Shown: piece after piece, positions 15,017-29,238 of the stretch
How the letters are laid out: each line of letters opens with the position of its first letter
Position numbering within the stretch: position 1 is the first letter of the stretch
The notes under the pieces: generated by a model
The model's input: the letters and a program-made list of their open reading frames with translations, nothing else
Database searches by the model: none
Told to the model about the DNA's origin: nothing
Assembly: GCF_009914755.1 (NCBI RefSeq)
Contig: NC_060927.1
Origin: the human T2T-CHM13v2.0 reference genome, Homo sapiens
Reading direction: 5' to 3' (one strand)
DNA length: 64,000 nt
Translations under genes and position numbers: made by a program

Positions 15017-15819
15017 CTTGGCCACCACTAGCCCAGAGGTGACACCCTGTCAATCTCAACTCACTCAGTCCCTGAGGAAGTAGAATGGTTCAGGGGAGAG
15101 GGCACGGCCTTCAGGCTGACCTGGGCTTGGGTCCTGCCCGCATCCCTTACTGTGTGATCTTAAGCAAGTTAGTGAGCCTCTCTGAACCTTGATTTCTTTT
15201 CTCTAAAATGAAATTAGTAATTGCCCCTCACAGAATTGCTACAGGAATAAACAAGATACAATAGTGTCTAGCTCAGTGCTGGGCACAAAACAGGGCCCAA
15301 AATGTTACTTCTTCTCTCCCCAGCCTCAACTTCCACCTATGGTGGGGGTGGGTAGGCGGCCCCAAATGTGAATCTGTCTGAGCCTAGAACCATACAAGTG
15401 TGGAAGGGTGTGTGCTCCTCCCTGTCCCCACTGCTGGCTCTGTAGCGGGCTAGGGGAGGTGATTTTCAGCCCTGCCAGGAGACATCAGCATTCCCAGCTG
15501 TGACATTGCCTGCTGGCTTTTCCTCTTCCCACGGCCCTCCCCCTACACATAAAACAGCTATATTGCTTTTTTTCTCATTATAAAAGCAATCCATGCTCAT
15601 TATAAAAGAGTCAGACATTATAAAATATCCTAGGTAGAAAGCTGTGAGCATCTGCTGGTCCCCAGGGCTCCAGGGCTGAGCAGAAAACTGAGGTACCCGG
15701 GGTGCCTCCCAGGAAAACTCTATTTTCACAATGTGTGAACTGTAAATGCAAATACAAGATATTCTTTTCAAATCTTACAAATAACTCACTTTTTTTTTTT
15801 CTTATAAAACACAATAGAT

Positions 15820-16120
15820 GGGCTGGGTGCGGTGGCTCATGCCTGTAATCCCAGCACTTTGGGAGGCCGAGACGGGTGGATCAACTGAAGTCAGGAGTTT
15901 GAGACCAGCCTGACCAACGTGGAGAAACCCCGTCTCTACTGAAAACACAAAATTAGCCAGGCGTGGTGGTGCATGCCTGTGATCCCAGTTACTCAGGAGG
16001 CTGAGGCAAGAGAATCACTTGAACCCTGGAGGCAGAGGTTTCAGTGAGCCGAGATCGCGCCACTGCACTCTAACCTGGGCTACAATAGTGAAACTCCATC
16101 TCAAAAAAAAAAAAAAAAAA
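15820..16120 (+). mobile_element. AluS
   Basis: Full dimer with A tail. Confidence 0.9.
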
Positions 16121-16504
16121 GCCCCACAATAGATGTTCATGACAAAACAAATCCAGGCAAACAAAAAAGATTTTCTAATTATGCAATTCCACCTACCCAG
16201 AAACGCTGTTAATCGTTTGGAGCTTATTCTTGTAAACGTTCTTCTGTGTAGAGAGATGTATATTTCTTCTGTAATAGAAGTGGAATCCCACTTTGCTGAC
16301 TCTCCACTTTCTATATAGGGATTCATATTTCAGGAGAACATTTTTCAAAAGTAATACTTGCTTACTGAAAAATTCCAACAATACGCAGGTGCATGGAGAG
16401 GCTTGCCTCTGTTCATTTCTCTTGCCTCTGTTCATTTCTTTGTGGTCCCCTTTCCTCCTTTTTCCTCCATCCCACTGTAAGCAATTTAGTGGGATTCAGT
16501 CTTT

Positions 16505-16507
16505 TTT

Positions 16508-16538
<31 letters not shown>

Positions 16539-18069
16539 TTTTTATTTTTTTTTAGTTTATTTTTATTGATCATTCTTGGGTGTTTCTCGCAGAGGGGGAT
16601 TTGGCAGGGTCATAGGACAATAGTGGAGGGAAGGTCAGCAGATAAACAAGTGAACAAAGGTCTCTGGTTTTCCTAGGCAGAGGACCCTGCAGCCTTCCGC
16701 AGTGTTTGTGTCCCTGGGTACTTGAGATTAGGGAGTGGTGATGATTCTTAACAAGCATGCTGCCTTCAAGCATCTGTTTAACAAAGCACATCTTGCACCG
16801 CCCTTAATCCATTTAACCCTGAGTGGACACAGCACATGTTTCAGAGAGCACAGGGTTGGGGGTAAGGTCTCAGATCAACAGGATGAGAATTTTTCTTAGT
16901 ACAGAACAAAATGAAAAGTCTCCCATGTCTACTTCTTTCTACACAGACACGGCAACCATCCGATTTCTCAATCTTTTCCCCACCTTTCCCCGCTTTCTAT
17001 TCCACAAAACCGCCATTGTCATCATGGCCCGTTCTCAATGAGCTGTTGGGTACACCTCCCAGACGGGGTGGTGGCCGGGCAGAGGGGCTCCTCACTTCCC
17101 AGTAGGGGCGGCTGGGCAGAGGCGCCCCTCACCTCCCGGGCGGGGCGGCTGGCCGGGCGGGGGGCTGACCCCCCCACCTCCCTCCCAGACGGGGTGGCTG
17201 CCGGGCGGAGACGCTCTTCACTTCCCAGATGGGGTGGCTGCCGGGCGGAGGGGCTCCTCACTTCTCAGACAGGGCGGCTGCCGGGCGGAGGGGCTCCTCA
17301 CTTCTCAGACGGGGCGGTTGCCAGGCGGAGGGTCTCCTCACCTCCCAGACGGGGTCGCGGCCGGGTAGAGGCGCTCCTCACATCCCAGATGGGGCGGCGG
17401 GGCAGAGGCGCTCCCCACATCTCAGACGATGGGCGGCCGGGCAGAGACGCTCCTCACTTCCTAGATGGGATGGCAGCCGGGAAGAGGCGCTCCTCACTTC
17501 CTAGATGGGATGGCGGCCGGGCAGAGACGCTCCTCACTTTCCAGACTGGGCAGCCAGGCAGAGGGGCTCCTCACGTCCCAGACGATGGGCGGCCAGGCAG
17601 AGACGCTCCTCACTTCCCAGACGGGGTGGCGGCCGGGCAGAGGCTGCAATCTCGGCACTTTGGGAGGCCAAGGCAGGTGGCTGGGAGGTGGAGGTTGTAG
17701 CGAGCCGAGATCACGCCACTGCACTCCAGCCTGGGCACCACTGAGCACTGAGTGAACGAGACTCCGTCTGCAATCCCGGCACCTCGGGAGGCCGAGGCTG
17801 GCGGATCACTCGCGGTGAGGAGCTGGAGACCAGCCCGGCCAACACAGCGAAACCCCGTCTCCACCAAAAAAATACGAAAACCAGTCAGGCGTGGCAGCGC
17901 GCGCCTGCAATCGCAGGCACTGGGCAGGCTGAGGCAGGAGAATCAGGCAGGGAGGTTGCAGTGAGCCGAGATGGCAGCAGTACAGTCCAGCTGTGGCTCG
18001 GCATCAGAGGGAGACTGTGGAAAGAGAGGGAGAGGGAGACCGTGGGGAGAGGGAGAGGGAGAGGGAGAG
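16505..18069 (-). mobile_element. Full-length SVA retrotransposon
   Basis: Poly(T) to ~16568, SINE-R, GC-rich VNTR ~17050-17640, Alu-like region, and (CCCTCT)n hexamers at ~18025-18069. Perfect 14-bp TSD gggattcagtcttt at 16491-16504 and 18070-18083. Confidence 0.95.
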
Positions 18070-18101
18070 GGGATTCAGTCTTTAAGAGGGTATTGGGCTG
18101 A

Positions 18102-18548
<447 letters not shown>

Positions 18549-19419
18549 TGACTAGGGGCAAACAGCTCAACCTCCCTGAGCCTCAGTTTCTTCCTTGTCC
18601 CCTTTCTGTAGGGATGGGAAGGGTATGCAGTGTCGTCAGCAGAGTGTGTTTTGTGGAGAGCCAAGCATGAGGCCAAGTGGAGAGAGAAGCAAAGCCGGGA
18701 GTCCAGCAGGGTGTGTGCATGAGCACGTGTGTGATGGTGGTGATGTGTGTGTGAGAGACAGGGGAGAGAGAGAATGAGTGGGTGGGGGGTGTGGGCTGAG
18801 GTCTGTGAGCCAATAAGGGAGCATGGGACTCTGCATGAGTCCCCTGAACTAGGAGGAGCCCACAACAGAAATGGGGCCCTGAAGTGTGGAGCCACAGAAT
18901 GGGGGAGGGCAGAACCACAGACAGGTGGCTGAGATTGACCTCCCGAATGTGGGGTGGTCTCCCCTCTGCCTTCTGCACCCCACACAGATGGTGCTTACTG
19001 TAAGATTGCCATAAAACAGAGATGCGCGCTAGCGAGAAACTTTAGCCCTCAGCATCCCATCCTCAAGACAGAATCACTCCTAAACATATTGGAATACATT
19101 TGCTTAGAGCTTTTCTTTGTGTATATATAATATATGCATAATATACAACATAATATACACAGTCATCTAGTCATGACTGTCAGGGGAGATTACACATGTT
19201 GACATAGAAGGAAAGATCACCCTAGAGCTTTGCACACTGTTACCATTGGGGGAAACTGGGCAAAGGGCATAAGGGTGTTGCACTACCCTTTTACAGCCAG
19301 CACACCTCCCTCCTGCCCGGGCCCTCCTGCATTGTATTTACCATTGGATTTTATCCTGTCTTGTGGATGGTCCACAGCTTCTTTGACCAGTTCTACTGGA
19401 CATGTTTGCTGCTTATGGC

Positions 19420-19725
<306 letters not shown>

Positions 19726-20402
19726 AGCTTTTTTGTATTGTAAATAGCAGGCATCTTTCTAGCTAAGTCCTTGCATCTGTCCCAACTTGGCGCCTTGGCA
19801 TAAATTCCTAGAAATGAAATTGCTGGGTCAAAGCATGTGTACCTTTGAAAGATTTTTAGGGAAATTTCCAGGTTTCCCTTCTGCTAGGCTCTGTCAGTCT
19901 GTGTTTTCCCCCACACAACTCAGCTTCAGGCTAGAGCCCACTTCTTCTAAGCTGATGATACCCTCGAAACTCCTGACTGCAAGACTTACTGGGGAAATGC
20001 CCATCATCCATGCCTGACACAGAGCAGCTATTCAAGAAATGTTAGTGGAATTCAGAAATTTAGTGGAATTCAGATCTGAGGAAAAAGACCAGAAAGCAAG
20101 AGGAAGAAGGGAATGAGGTGGGTGGAAGTGGCAGCAGGACGAGGGGCACAAACAGCTTCTCCTGGACTGTGTCCTCGTCATCCTTGTCTGCCCCATTACA
20201 AACCCACGCACTACATCCACCAGGAACTCATCTCCCTCAATTGCCCCAAACTAGCTCTGCTTATTAAAAGGTTTTCTTCCAAGATTGCCATCCTGACCTC
20301 AAAAATAAATGCAGTTTGCTGCTCCCTGACTGTGGCCAGCCAAGAGGAGCCAAAGGGGTGGCCTGGGGCTTCCTCTGCCAGGACCTTAAGATTCAGCAGC
20401 AA

Positions 20403-20705
20403 GGCCAGGTGCAGTGGCTCACACCTGTAATCCCAGCCCTTTGGGAGGCCAAGGACGGGTGGATCACCTGAGGTCGGGAGTTCGAGAACAGCCTGACCAA
20501 CATGGAGAAACCTCATCTCTACTAAAAATACAAAATTAGCCGGGCATGGTGGCGCACGCCTGTAATCCCAGCTACTCGGGAGGCTGAGGCAGGAGAATCG
20601 CTTGAAGCCGGGAGGCTGAGGTTAGTGAGCCGAGATTGCACCATTGCACTCCAGCCTGGGCAACAAGAGCGAGACTCCATTTCAAAAAAAAAAAAAAAAA
20701 AAAAA
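20403..20705 (+). mobile_element. AluS with TSD aagattcagcagcaa
   Basis: TSD at 20388-20402 and 20704-20718. Confidence 0.9.
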
Positions 20706-23627
20706 AGATTCAGCAGCAAAGTCTTGCTGGCTGCACCAAGGCCATCCTGCTGACACAGCAGGTCAGGACTGTCAAAAGTTAGGAAAGGCAGTCTCAAGAC
20801 AAAGGCAACATCTGTCGCCTCTGCCTCTGGCCATCCTGCCCAGAGAGGAGGGATAAAGCATGAGATACAGTCTTGGAATTTTTGGTTTCCTTTCAAAATT
20901 TATATAATCTTGTGCAAGAACTGGTTTGTCAGGGCTGCCAAGTAGGACAGCGAGCCCTAGGAGGGCTTCTCCAGGTGGTGGTGACTTCATGTTTGGAAAG
21001 CAACAGCAAGATAAAGTATAGCTCAGAGGGTGAGTGAGGGTGAGTGAGTCTCAGAGGGTGAATGAGTCTATTTCTAAAACTCCACTCAAATTGTGCCTCC
21101 CAGCAAGTCCAAGTGTTAGCCATCCATCATATGCTCAGCTGTGATATGCCTGAGTGCCCGCCCCACTCTCGGGGCAGTCAGCGTGGCAAGGAGTTGTGCG
21201 GTTTGGGGAACGAGCACCGGCTTTCAGTCCTGACTCTGCCATTCAAACATTTGCTGAGCAAAGGACCCATCGAAGGCACTGTGCTAGGTAGTGTGGGTGA
21301 TGCTAAGATGAGGTACGTGTTTAGTTCCTGGGTGTAAGGAGGTGACAATCTAGAGGGAAGACTTTAAATTTCATTCTGTGCCCAAAGCAAGCAACACCTA
21401 TTCTAGGGATTTGTCGTCTTCCTCCCTGCTGGCATTTCTGGCTGAGGCAGGAGAGGGAAGCTCCCTCCATGGAGATGCCTCTTCCCTCCTCTGACTCTTA
21501 CAGCCTCCTCCATCTCCACTTACCTACACTGAGGACATCTAAAAATATAATCTAGATCATTGTTACACAACGATCACTTCCCTTGTTTAGTAATGGCTAG
21601 TATCTGCACAACCATCCCTGATTTGAATTCCCCTTTACAACATCTCAGTTAAGCCTCATGACTGCAGCAGGCATTCTCACCACCCCCATTTCAGAACTGG
21701 GAGGACTGGGGCTCCAAGGAAAGTGGCTGGCCTGAGGTCCCAGAGCCCCTTATGTGGCACAGCTGGTTCTCAGCCAGGCTTCTTAGTCCTGGTCTGGTCC
21801 AGTCTCCTCTCTCTTCATGCCTACAAGTCTTGACCTAACCCAAGGCTGGCATCACATCCCTCCTTGCCACTCCTTCAATATCAGCCCAGGAGTATGGACA
21901 AAATGAGCAGCTCGTTAATTGACTGTGAGGAGATAAAGAGGGAAGGAGTAGGGGAGAGGGGGTTGGAAGCCATTCTTTCCTCCATCTCAGGTTCTAGATG
22001 GAAACACAGCTCAGGAACATACCTAGGCATTTCCTTACGTGCGGAAAGGAGTCAGATGTTTTCAGCCATCTCTCTAGCTTTCATAGACTAGGCCAGGAAA
22101 GGACACAATGAATCAAGTCCATGAATCCCGCCATGAAGGTACGTGGGAAGTGCCCACATTGCTGTCAGAATCAGAGACCTTGACCATCTTTTCCACTCTA
22201 GTTGGCAGATGCTAAGAAAAGCAGCATTGTGTGCAGAATCATGGCCAGTGATTACACCGATAATAAAAGCCGCTATTTATGGAGTGCCTATGATGTGCCA
22301 GGCTACTAGTCAAGTGCTTCCCATAGAGAACAGCTAATAAGAGTGATAGCCAGAATCTGAGATGCTGCTCCTGGGTCAGACTTTACAGGCATCTTCCCAC
22401 TCAATCCTCACAGCTTTGTCCAGCTGTGCAACACCTGAATCACAGATGCCTGCAGAGCAGCCTCTGACCAGAAGCCTGGCCCTGCAGGATGAAAAGATGA
22501 AGTCACATTGTGGTCATCTTCAAAGCAGCCAGGGGCCAGGGTCTCGCTCATCTCCCCAGGTCTTTTTAGGAGGGAGGATACCATACAGCCAAGCAGAGGC
22601 TGCCAGTGGCAAGCAGGGTTGCGCTGCACTTTCAATTCAAAGGGCTCCAGAGCTGCCGCTTCCTCTAGGTGCAGGTCAGTCCATTTTGACTGGGACAGTC
22701 CATGTGGGCGCTGTTCTAGATCCTCACGCCAACTGAATGAGGCAGGTACTGTTGCTATCCCTATTCCATGCAGGAGGAAACTAAGGCTCAGCGAGGCTAT
22801 GCCACATTCCCATGGGTCCACAGACAAAAGCTCAGTGAAATTCAAGCCCAGTCTGTTTCATAAGCTCATGCTCTCTCGGCCACGTACCCTCCCCACCTGC
22901 GCATCGTAAGGGGCACCTGTATGTTCTGGGGTTTACCTACCCGCATGGTAAAGGGCTCGTTCAGAGCCATTGCCCAAAATGCCCAGTGCTGCTGACTCTC
23001 ACTTGTAAATCCACTGGCCTGGATCTAGGGGTCTTCACCTGAAGCCAATGAGCATAATTTTCCTCTCTACAAAAGTAACTGGTTGCTGTGGGGTCCAGCT
23101 ATTGTCATTTGTCACGTCTTACTGAGGTCAAAATGTCTGACTCTCCTTATGTGCTATGAGGTGGGAAGTGGGTTAACGTAAACTCCTAAGAGTGTTTCTT
23201 GAAAAAAAGTTAAGTGCCTTCGAGTGCACTCCATGTTGACTGTCCTATGGCCTTAGGTGCACACATCTGGGTGCCCAGCATAATTCCAGAGAACCGCGGC
23301 TCCTCAGCAGATGCCTTTTGGAGAGGGAAGATGTTCCTATCCTGCTGACGGGGGGAAAGAATCTGTCCACATTGACCTGCACCTGCTGAGTGCCAGGCCA
23401 TAGATCGTTTTTACTGGTCATAGTGATATTCTGGGGTCTAGAATGGATATGGTCTGAATTTCATGTCTGGTAAATTCTTATTGTAAATATATATTTTGTA
23501 GCGATAGGGTCTTGTCATATTGACCAGGCTGGTCTGGAACTCCTGGGCTCAAGCGATCCTCCTGCCTTGGCTTCCCAAAGTGCAGGATTTGCAAGTGTGA
23601 GCTCCTATGCCCAGCCAAAAAGGTTTG

Positions 23628-23659
<32 letters not shown>

Positions 23660-23777
23660 TCACTGCCAGATTTTAATTCATTTCCAAGTACTAGGAGTTA
23701 GTCTGTCTGGTGAGCCTGAGCTATGTGCAGGATTTTTAAAAAATGATTTCTGTCCATTGGGAAGCATGTTAAAATGC

Positions 23778-24545
23778 CCTCCCTGAGTACCCCATCTGCA
23801 GTATGGTTACCCCCATCTTCCATCATCACTTTTCTTGGTATTTCCTTCCTAGTTCCTATCCCTATTGGGAGTTTTTTGCACTGATAGACTAGTCTCTCTT
23901 GCCCAGTTAGTGTCCTCTCCTCACCCTAAGGGTCAGCCCCGGGCAGGCCAGGCCACTCTGCCTTGGGGTGCCTGTAGCATGTGCCCTTGATGGGTGGCCC
24001 CCAGGGGACCCAGCCACACTCAGTCAGCTGTGGTCTTGGGGCAGCCACGTCTGTGTAGGCAGTACTTAGGAAGGACAAACTCCAAAACCCAGGGCTCCAA
24101 AGGACCCATGGGAAGGTTGGGAGGCTCAGGGGAGTGAACCTGTACTGGGCCCAGTGCTTCGAGGCCACTGGGGACACAGCAGAGAGGACCTCCTGATAGG
24201 TATCTGGAGGTGCTGAGTGCCTACGGGAGCTGCAGAACCTGCTGACGGTGCCCAACAGTGTGGGGACAGCATTGCCTGGAGAAATGTGGCCACAGCAGCC
24301 CATAGGGGTCAGGCTGTGCCTAGGGAGACCAAGCTGGGCAGGGCCTTTGCCCATGGGAGTTCTGTTTCAGACCCGCCCCCAGCACCTGGCCCTGCCCCAG
24401 TCTCTGCCTTGTCTGTGCCTGCAGCCATGGTGCCCAGGCTTGTCCCACCAGGAGACACCACGAGTCTGTCCATGTGTCCACATTTCTGCTTCTTCCCTGT
24501 GAAGTGGGCAATAGGTCAGGGATCCAGTCTGTTGGCAGCTGAGGT
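23778..24545 (+). promoter_or_regulatory. CpG-depleted copy 1 of the GC-rich block upstream of the kinase pseudogene
   Basis: Colinear with 34953-35327 plus 36231-36870, and with 43009-44030. Many CG>CA/TG changes. Confidence 0.6.
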
Positions 24546-24653
24546 ATTGTCAGCAACAGTTAGTGACCTTAGCCTAGTTAGCAACAGTGGTGCTGTGCAT
24601 CTTAGCCTAGTTTGCAGAGTTAGGACTTGTAAACAGCGTAGTTAGGAGGTACC

Positions 24654-25775
24654 ATGGAGCAGGAATCAGCCTCCACCTCACTTGATAAAGAAATACAAAA
24701 CCATAAGATCATAGGCACCATCCCGCCAGAGATCTGGCCCAGCATAGGCTGAGACCCAGGTCGTCCTCCAAATCATCTCTTAAAAGGCTGACCTTGCTCT
24801 CCAGACAGAGATGAGCTCATAAAAATTCTCCATCACCCAAATATCATTCAACTCTACCAGGTGATTGACAAGGCAGAAACCATTTAGGTGGTAATGGAGT
24901 ATGCCAGAGGAGGAGAGCTGCATCACCTGATACACCACCACCATGACATCAAGGATGGGGAGGAGGCCTGGATCATGTTAAGGCAGATTCTGTCAGCCCT
25001 GCAGTACTGCCACTTAAAGAATATCACACATCCAGACCTAAAGCTACAAAACATCCTACTCAATGAGGAAGGCAAAATAAAAATCATAGACTTTGGCTTT
25101 AGCACAATATTCAGGGAGCAGCGGATTGCTGAAAACCTTTTGTGGGGTATACCCCTACATGGTCACAGAAATCTTCCTGGGACTGGGGTACCGTTGACTT
25201 GCCATAGACATATACTGCCTCAGCAGTATTCTCTATTCCACGATGTCCGGGTCCCTGCCTTTCAACTCAAGAAAGAATTATCAGACCTCAAGAAAAAATT
25301 ATTAGTGCAGAATATCATTCACCACAATTTTGTTCCCTACGAATGGAAAGACTTACTGAAAAGTGACTAACACTGGACCCCAGGGAGTGTCCTTCACTGA
25401 AAAAAGTGATGAAAGATCCCTAAGTGAAAAGTGTCCAGAAGATGTCACTACCAATGTATGAAAAGCCACTTCTGGACCATCTGAACCCCAAACAATCCAG
25501 CTTATGGTGCCATGGGATTCCAGACCGAGAACATCTCAGTGTCAACAGTGGAAAAGAAATTAACTATCCCATGGCAAATACCTCATTTGAGAACACAAAA
25601 AATAAGAGAAGAGGAGGTGCTCCACCATCAAGCACCGCCCCTTCCTCCTGGGGTTTCCACCTATCCATCCCCATCTGCAGAAATATCCCCCTTCCCAGCA
25701 AAACCAATGGGGGCTCAAAGCAAGCCAGAATTTCCTACTTGTCATTTTCAGCTACCCAAGCAGGGCCAAAAGTCA
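24654..25775 (+). pseudogene. MARK/SMOK-like intronless Ser/Thr kinase pseudogene, array unit 1
   Basis: accATG at 24654. HPNIIQLYQVID..*VVMEYARGGEL...RQILSALQYCH..HPDLKLQNILL..IKIIDFGF, then UBA-like MGFQTENISVS. Contains stops and frameshifts. Confidence 0.85.
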
Positions 25776-26375
25776 GGTAAGACTCTCCTTCCCCACAAAA
25801 GAGCATGACCAGTCAGGAAGAAGAGGTCTGGAGAGAGAGCAAAAGAATTGTGGGCCCCATTGTTTACCCAGTGTGCAGCTGTCCTTAAAATCAACTTTGG
25901 GGGTGAGGGTCCACCAGGTGTCAATACTGAATCTCTCTTCACCCAATGCCAGTTTGCAACTCCAAAGAAGGGGTCCCTGTGGGCCCCACTTGAGATCCTG
26001 AAGACCCTTCAGGGTCTGTCTTCCCCACCTTGCTGCCATCCACCCCCTCTAGAAGTGCCAGCCCTCTGAGAGGAGGTGCCTTCCTCAGGCCTGGCATCCA
26101 CTGGCACCAAAAAAGGCTAGAACTGATTCTGGGCGATGACCTGCGGTAGAGCTTGACATCTCTTTTCTAAAAGCCAGGACTCCAGGATCAGCCAGCTGGG
26201 GTGGGTAAAAAGACCATAAGGAAGGGGCAAGAGGCATCAAACAAAACCCACGAAGACAGAAAGCCCCCTACAGTGTCAACACAGGCCTGGTCCCAGAAAC
26301 TGTGCGGCCCTAAATGCAAACCGGGCAACCTTGGCTTGTTCATCTCCCTTTGCAGCAGCATAGTGAGGAGGTACC

Positions 26376-27495
26376 ATAAAGCAGGGATTGGTCTCCACCT
26401 CAACTCACAAAGAAATACAAAATTATTGGATCATAGACACAATTTGCCAAGGAACTGGCCAGTCATAGGTCAACTGGGACCCAGGTTGTCCTCCAAATCA
26501 TCTCTAAGACGACTGGCCTTGCTCTGCAGAAAGATGAGTATCATGAAGACACCCAACCGCCCAAATATAATTCAGCTCTACCAGGTAATTGACCAGCCAG
26601 AAACAACTTATATGATGATACACGACAACAACAACAGCTGAACCACCAGATATGCCACCACGGCCACATCAGGCAGCAGGGGAGGCCCCGATCAACTTCA
26701 GGCAGATTCTGTCAGGCCTGCAGTACTGCCGCTTAAAGAACATCACACATCCAGAGCTAAAGCCACAAACCCATCTAGTCATAGAGGAAGGCAATATAAA
26801 AATAACGGATTTTTGCCTTTAGGACAATATTCAGGGAGAAGTAGATGCTGAAAACGTTTCATGGCCTGTACCCCTACATGGTCACGGAAGTCTTCCTGGG
26901 CCCAGGGTACCACTGACTTGCCATGGACGTGTCCTGCCTCAGCACTATTCTCTATTCCACGATGGTCGGGTCACTGCCCTTCTACTCAGGGAACCCTACA
27001 GACCTCAAGAAAAAATTATCAGTGCACAATACCATTCACCACAATTTATTTTTCCCTATGAATGAAAAGACTTACTAAAAAGTGACTAACTCAGAACCCC
27101 AGGGAGTGTCCTTCACTGGAACAAGTGATGGAAAGTTTCTAAGTGAAAAGTGTCCAGAAGATCCCACTACCAATGTACGAAGAGCCACTCCTGGATCACC
27201 TGAACCCCAAACAACCCAGCTCATGGTGCCACGGGATTCCAAGCTGAGAACATCTCAGTGTCAACACTGGAAAAGTATTCAACTATTTCATGTCACATAC
27301 CTCCTTTGAGAAGGGAAGAAATAACAGAATAGGAAGCGCTCCACCATCAGAGCAGCGTCCCTTCCTCCTGAGGTCCCCACCTATCCCTCCCCATCTGCCA
27401 AAGTTTCTACCTTCCCGCAAAACCAAAGAAGGCTCAGAGCAAGCCAGTATTGTTTACTTGTCGTTTTCAGCTGCCCAGGCAGGGCCAAAAGTCAG
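26376..27495 (+). pseudogene. MARK/SMOK-like kinase pseudogene, unit 2
   Basis: PNIIQLYQVID and HPELKPQ motifs. Start codon is ATA. Colinear with unit 1 at +1722. Confidence 0.8.
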
Positions 27496-28112
27496 AGAAT
27501 AGAGGAAGTCGGATAAAATTCCCCTTTCCCCCAGGACAGAAGAACCAGGAAGCAGGAAGCAGGCTGAGACAGAACAAAAGTGTTGTGGGCCCCTTTGTCT
27601 ACGCAGTGTGCTGCTGTCCTTAAAATCCACTTTGGGGGTGAGGGTCCACCAGGTGTCAATACTGAATCTCCTTCCGCCCAATGGCAGTTTAAACTTCAGA
27701 GAGAGGATCCCTGCGGACCCCACTTGAGCTCTCAAAGGGCCCCTCAGAGTCTGTCTTCCCCACCTTGCAGCCATCCACCACCTCTAGAAGTGCCAGCCCT
27801 CTGAGAAGAGGTGCCTTCCTCAGACCTGGCATCCACTGGCACTGGACAGGGCCAGAATTGTTTCTGGCCCGTGACCAGTGGTAGAGCTCGCCATCTCTTC
27901 TGTAGAATTTGGGGCTCCAGGCTCAGCCAGTGGGGCTGGGTTAAGAGACCATGGGGGAAAGGGCCTCAGGCACCAGAACAAAACCCAGGAGCAGAGAGAG
28001 CCCCCACCAGCATCAACCCAGGCTGGACATCAGGAGCTGTGCAGCCCTAGGTGGAGGCTGGGCAACCGTGGCTTGTTGATTTCACTTTGCGGCGGCGTAG
28101 TGAGGAGGTACC

Positions 28113-29238
28113 AGAAAGCAGGGATCGGTCTCCCCCTCACTTCACAAGGAAATACTAAATTAACAGATCATAGACACCATTCCCCAGGGAACTGGCACAG
28201 CATAGGTTAACTGGGACCCAGGTTGTCCTCCAAATCATCTCTATGAAGACTGGCCTTGCTCTCCAGAGAGAGAGATGAGTATCATGAAGACTGTCAACCA
28301 CCCAAATATTATAAACGCGTACCAGGTAATTGACAAAGTTACAACACAAAATCCACAACTTAGAGAAGCAAGAAACAGAACAGCACCACCAGATATGCCA
28401 CCATGGCCACATCAGGCAGCCACATCAGGAGGCCCTGATAAACTTCAGGCAGATTCTGTCAGGCCTGCGGTACTACCACTTAAAAACATCACACATCCAG
28501 AGCTAAAGCCACAAATCCATCTAGTCATAGAGGAAAGCAATATAAAAATCATGGGCTTTTCATTTAGGGCAATATTCTGGGGAGAGTAGATGCCAAAAAC
28601 CTTTTGTAGCCCGTACCCCTACATGGTCACAGAAGTCTTCCTGGGCCCGGGGTACCACTGACTTGTCATGGACGTGTCCTGCCTCAGCACTATTCTCTAT
28701 TCCACGATGGTCAGGTCCTTGCCCTTCTACTCAGGGAACCCTACAGACCTAAGACAAAGTTATCAGTGCAGAATACCACTTACCACAATTTTTTTAATCT
28801 ATGAACGAAAAGACTTATTAAAAAGTTACTAATACTGGTCTCCAGGGAGCGTCCTTCACTGGAACAAGTGATGGAAAGTTTCTAAGTGAAAAGTGTCCAG
28901 AAGATCCCACTACCAATGTATGAAGAGCCACTCCTGGATCACCCGAACCCCAAACAACCCAGCTCATGGTGCCATGGGATTCCAAGCTGAGAACCTCTCA
29001 GTGTCAACACTGGAAAAGTATTCAACTATTTCATGTCACATACCTCCTTTGAGAAGGGAAGAAATAACAGAATAGGAAGCGCTCCACCATCAGAACAGCA
29101 TCCCTTCCTCCTGGGGTCCCCACCTGTCCCTCCCCATCTGCCAAAGTTTCCACCATCCCCGCAAAACCAAAGAAGGCTCAAAGCAAGCCAGTATTTTTTA
29201 CTTGTCATTTTCAGCTGCCCAAGCAGGGCCAAAAGTCA
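28113..29238 (+). pseudogene. MARK/SMOK-like kinase pseudogene, unit 3
   Basis: HPNIINAYQVID, HPELKPQI and MGFQAENLSVS motifs. Offset +1737 from unit 2. Confidence 0.8.

Noticed and set aside
17038-17755. Overlapping long ORFs
   Set aside because: SVA VNTR artefacts.
23003-23038. Possible 36-nt minus-strand micro-exon (cttcag...gtgaga)
   Set aside because: Weak pyrimidine tract and no recognisable peptide.
24888-25370. 160-aa kinase ORF as a functional protein
   Set aside because: GTG start directly after an in-frame TAG, no Gly-loop or VAIK lysine, HRD changed to HPD, and a frameshift after DFG.
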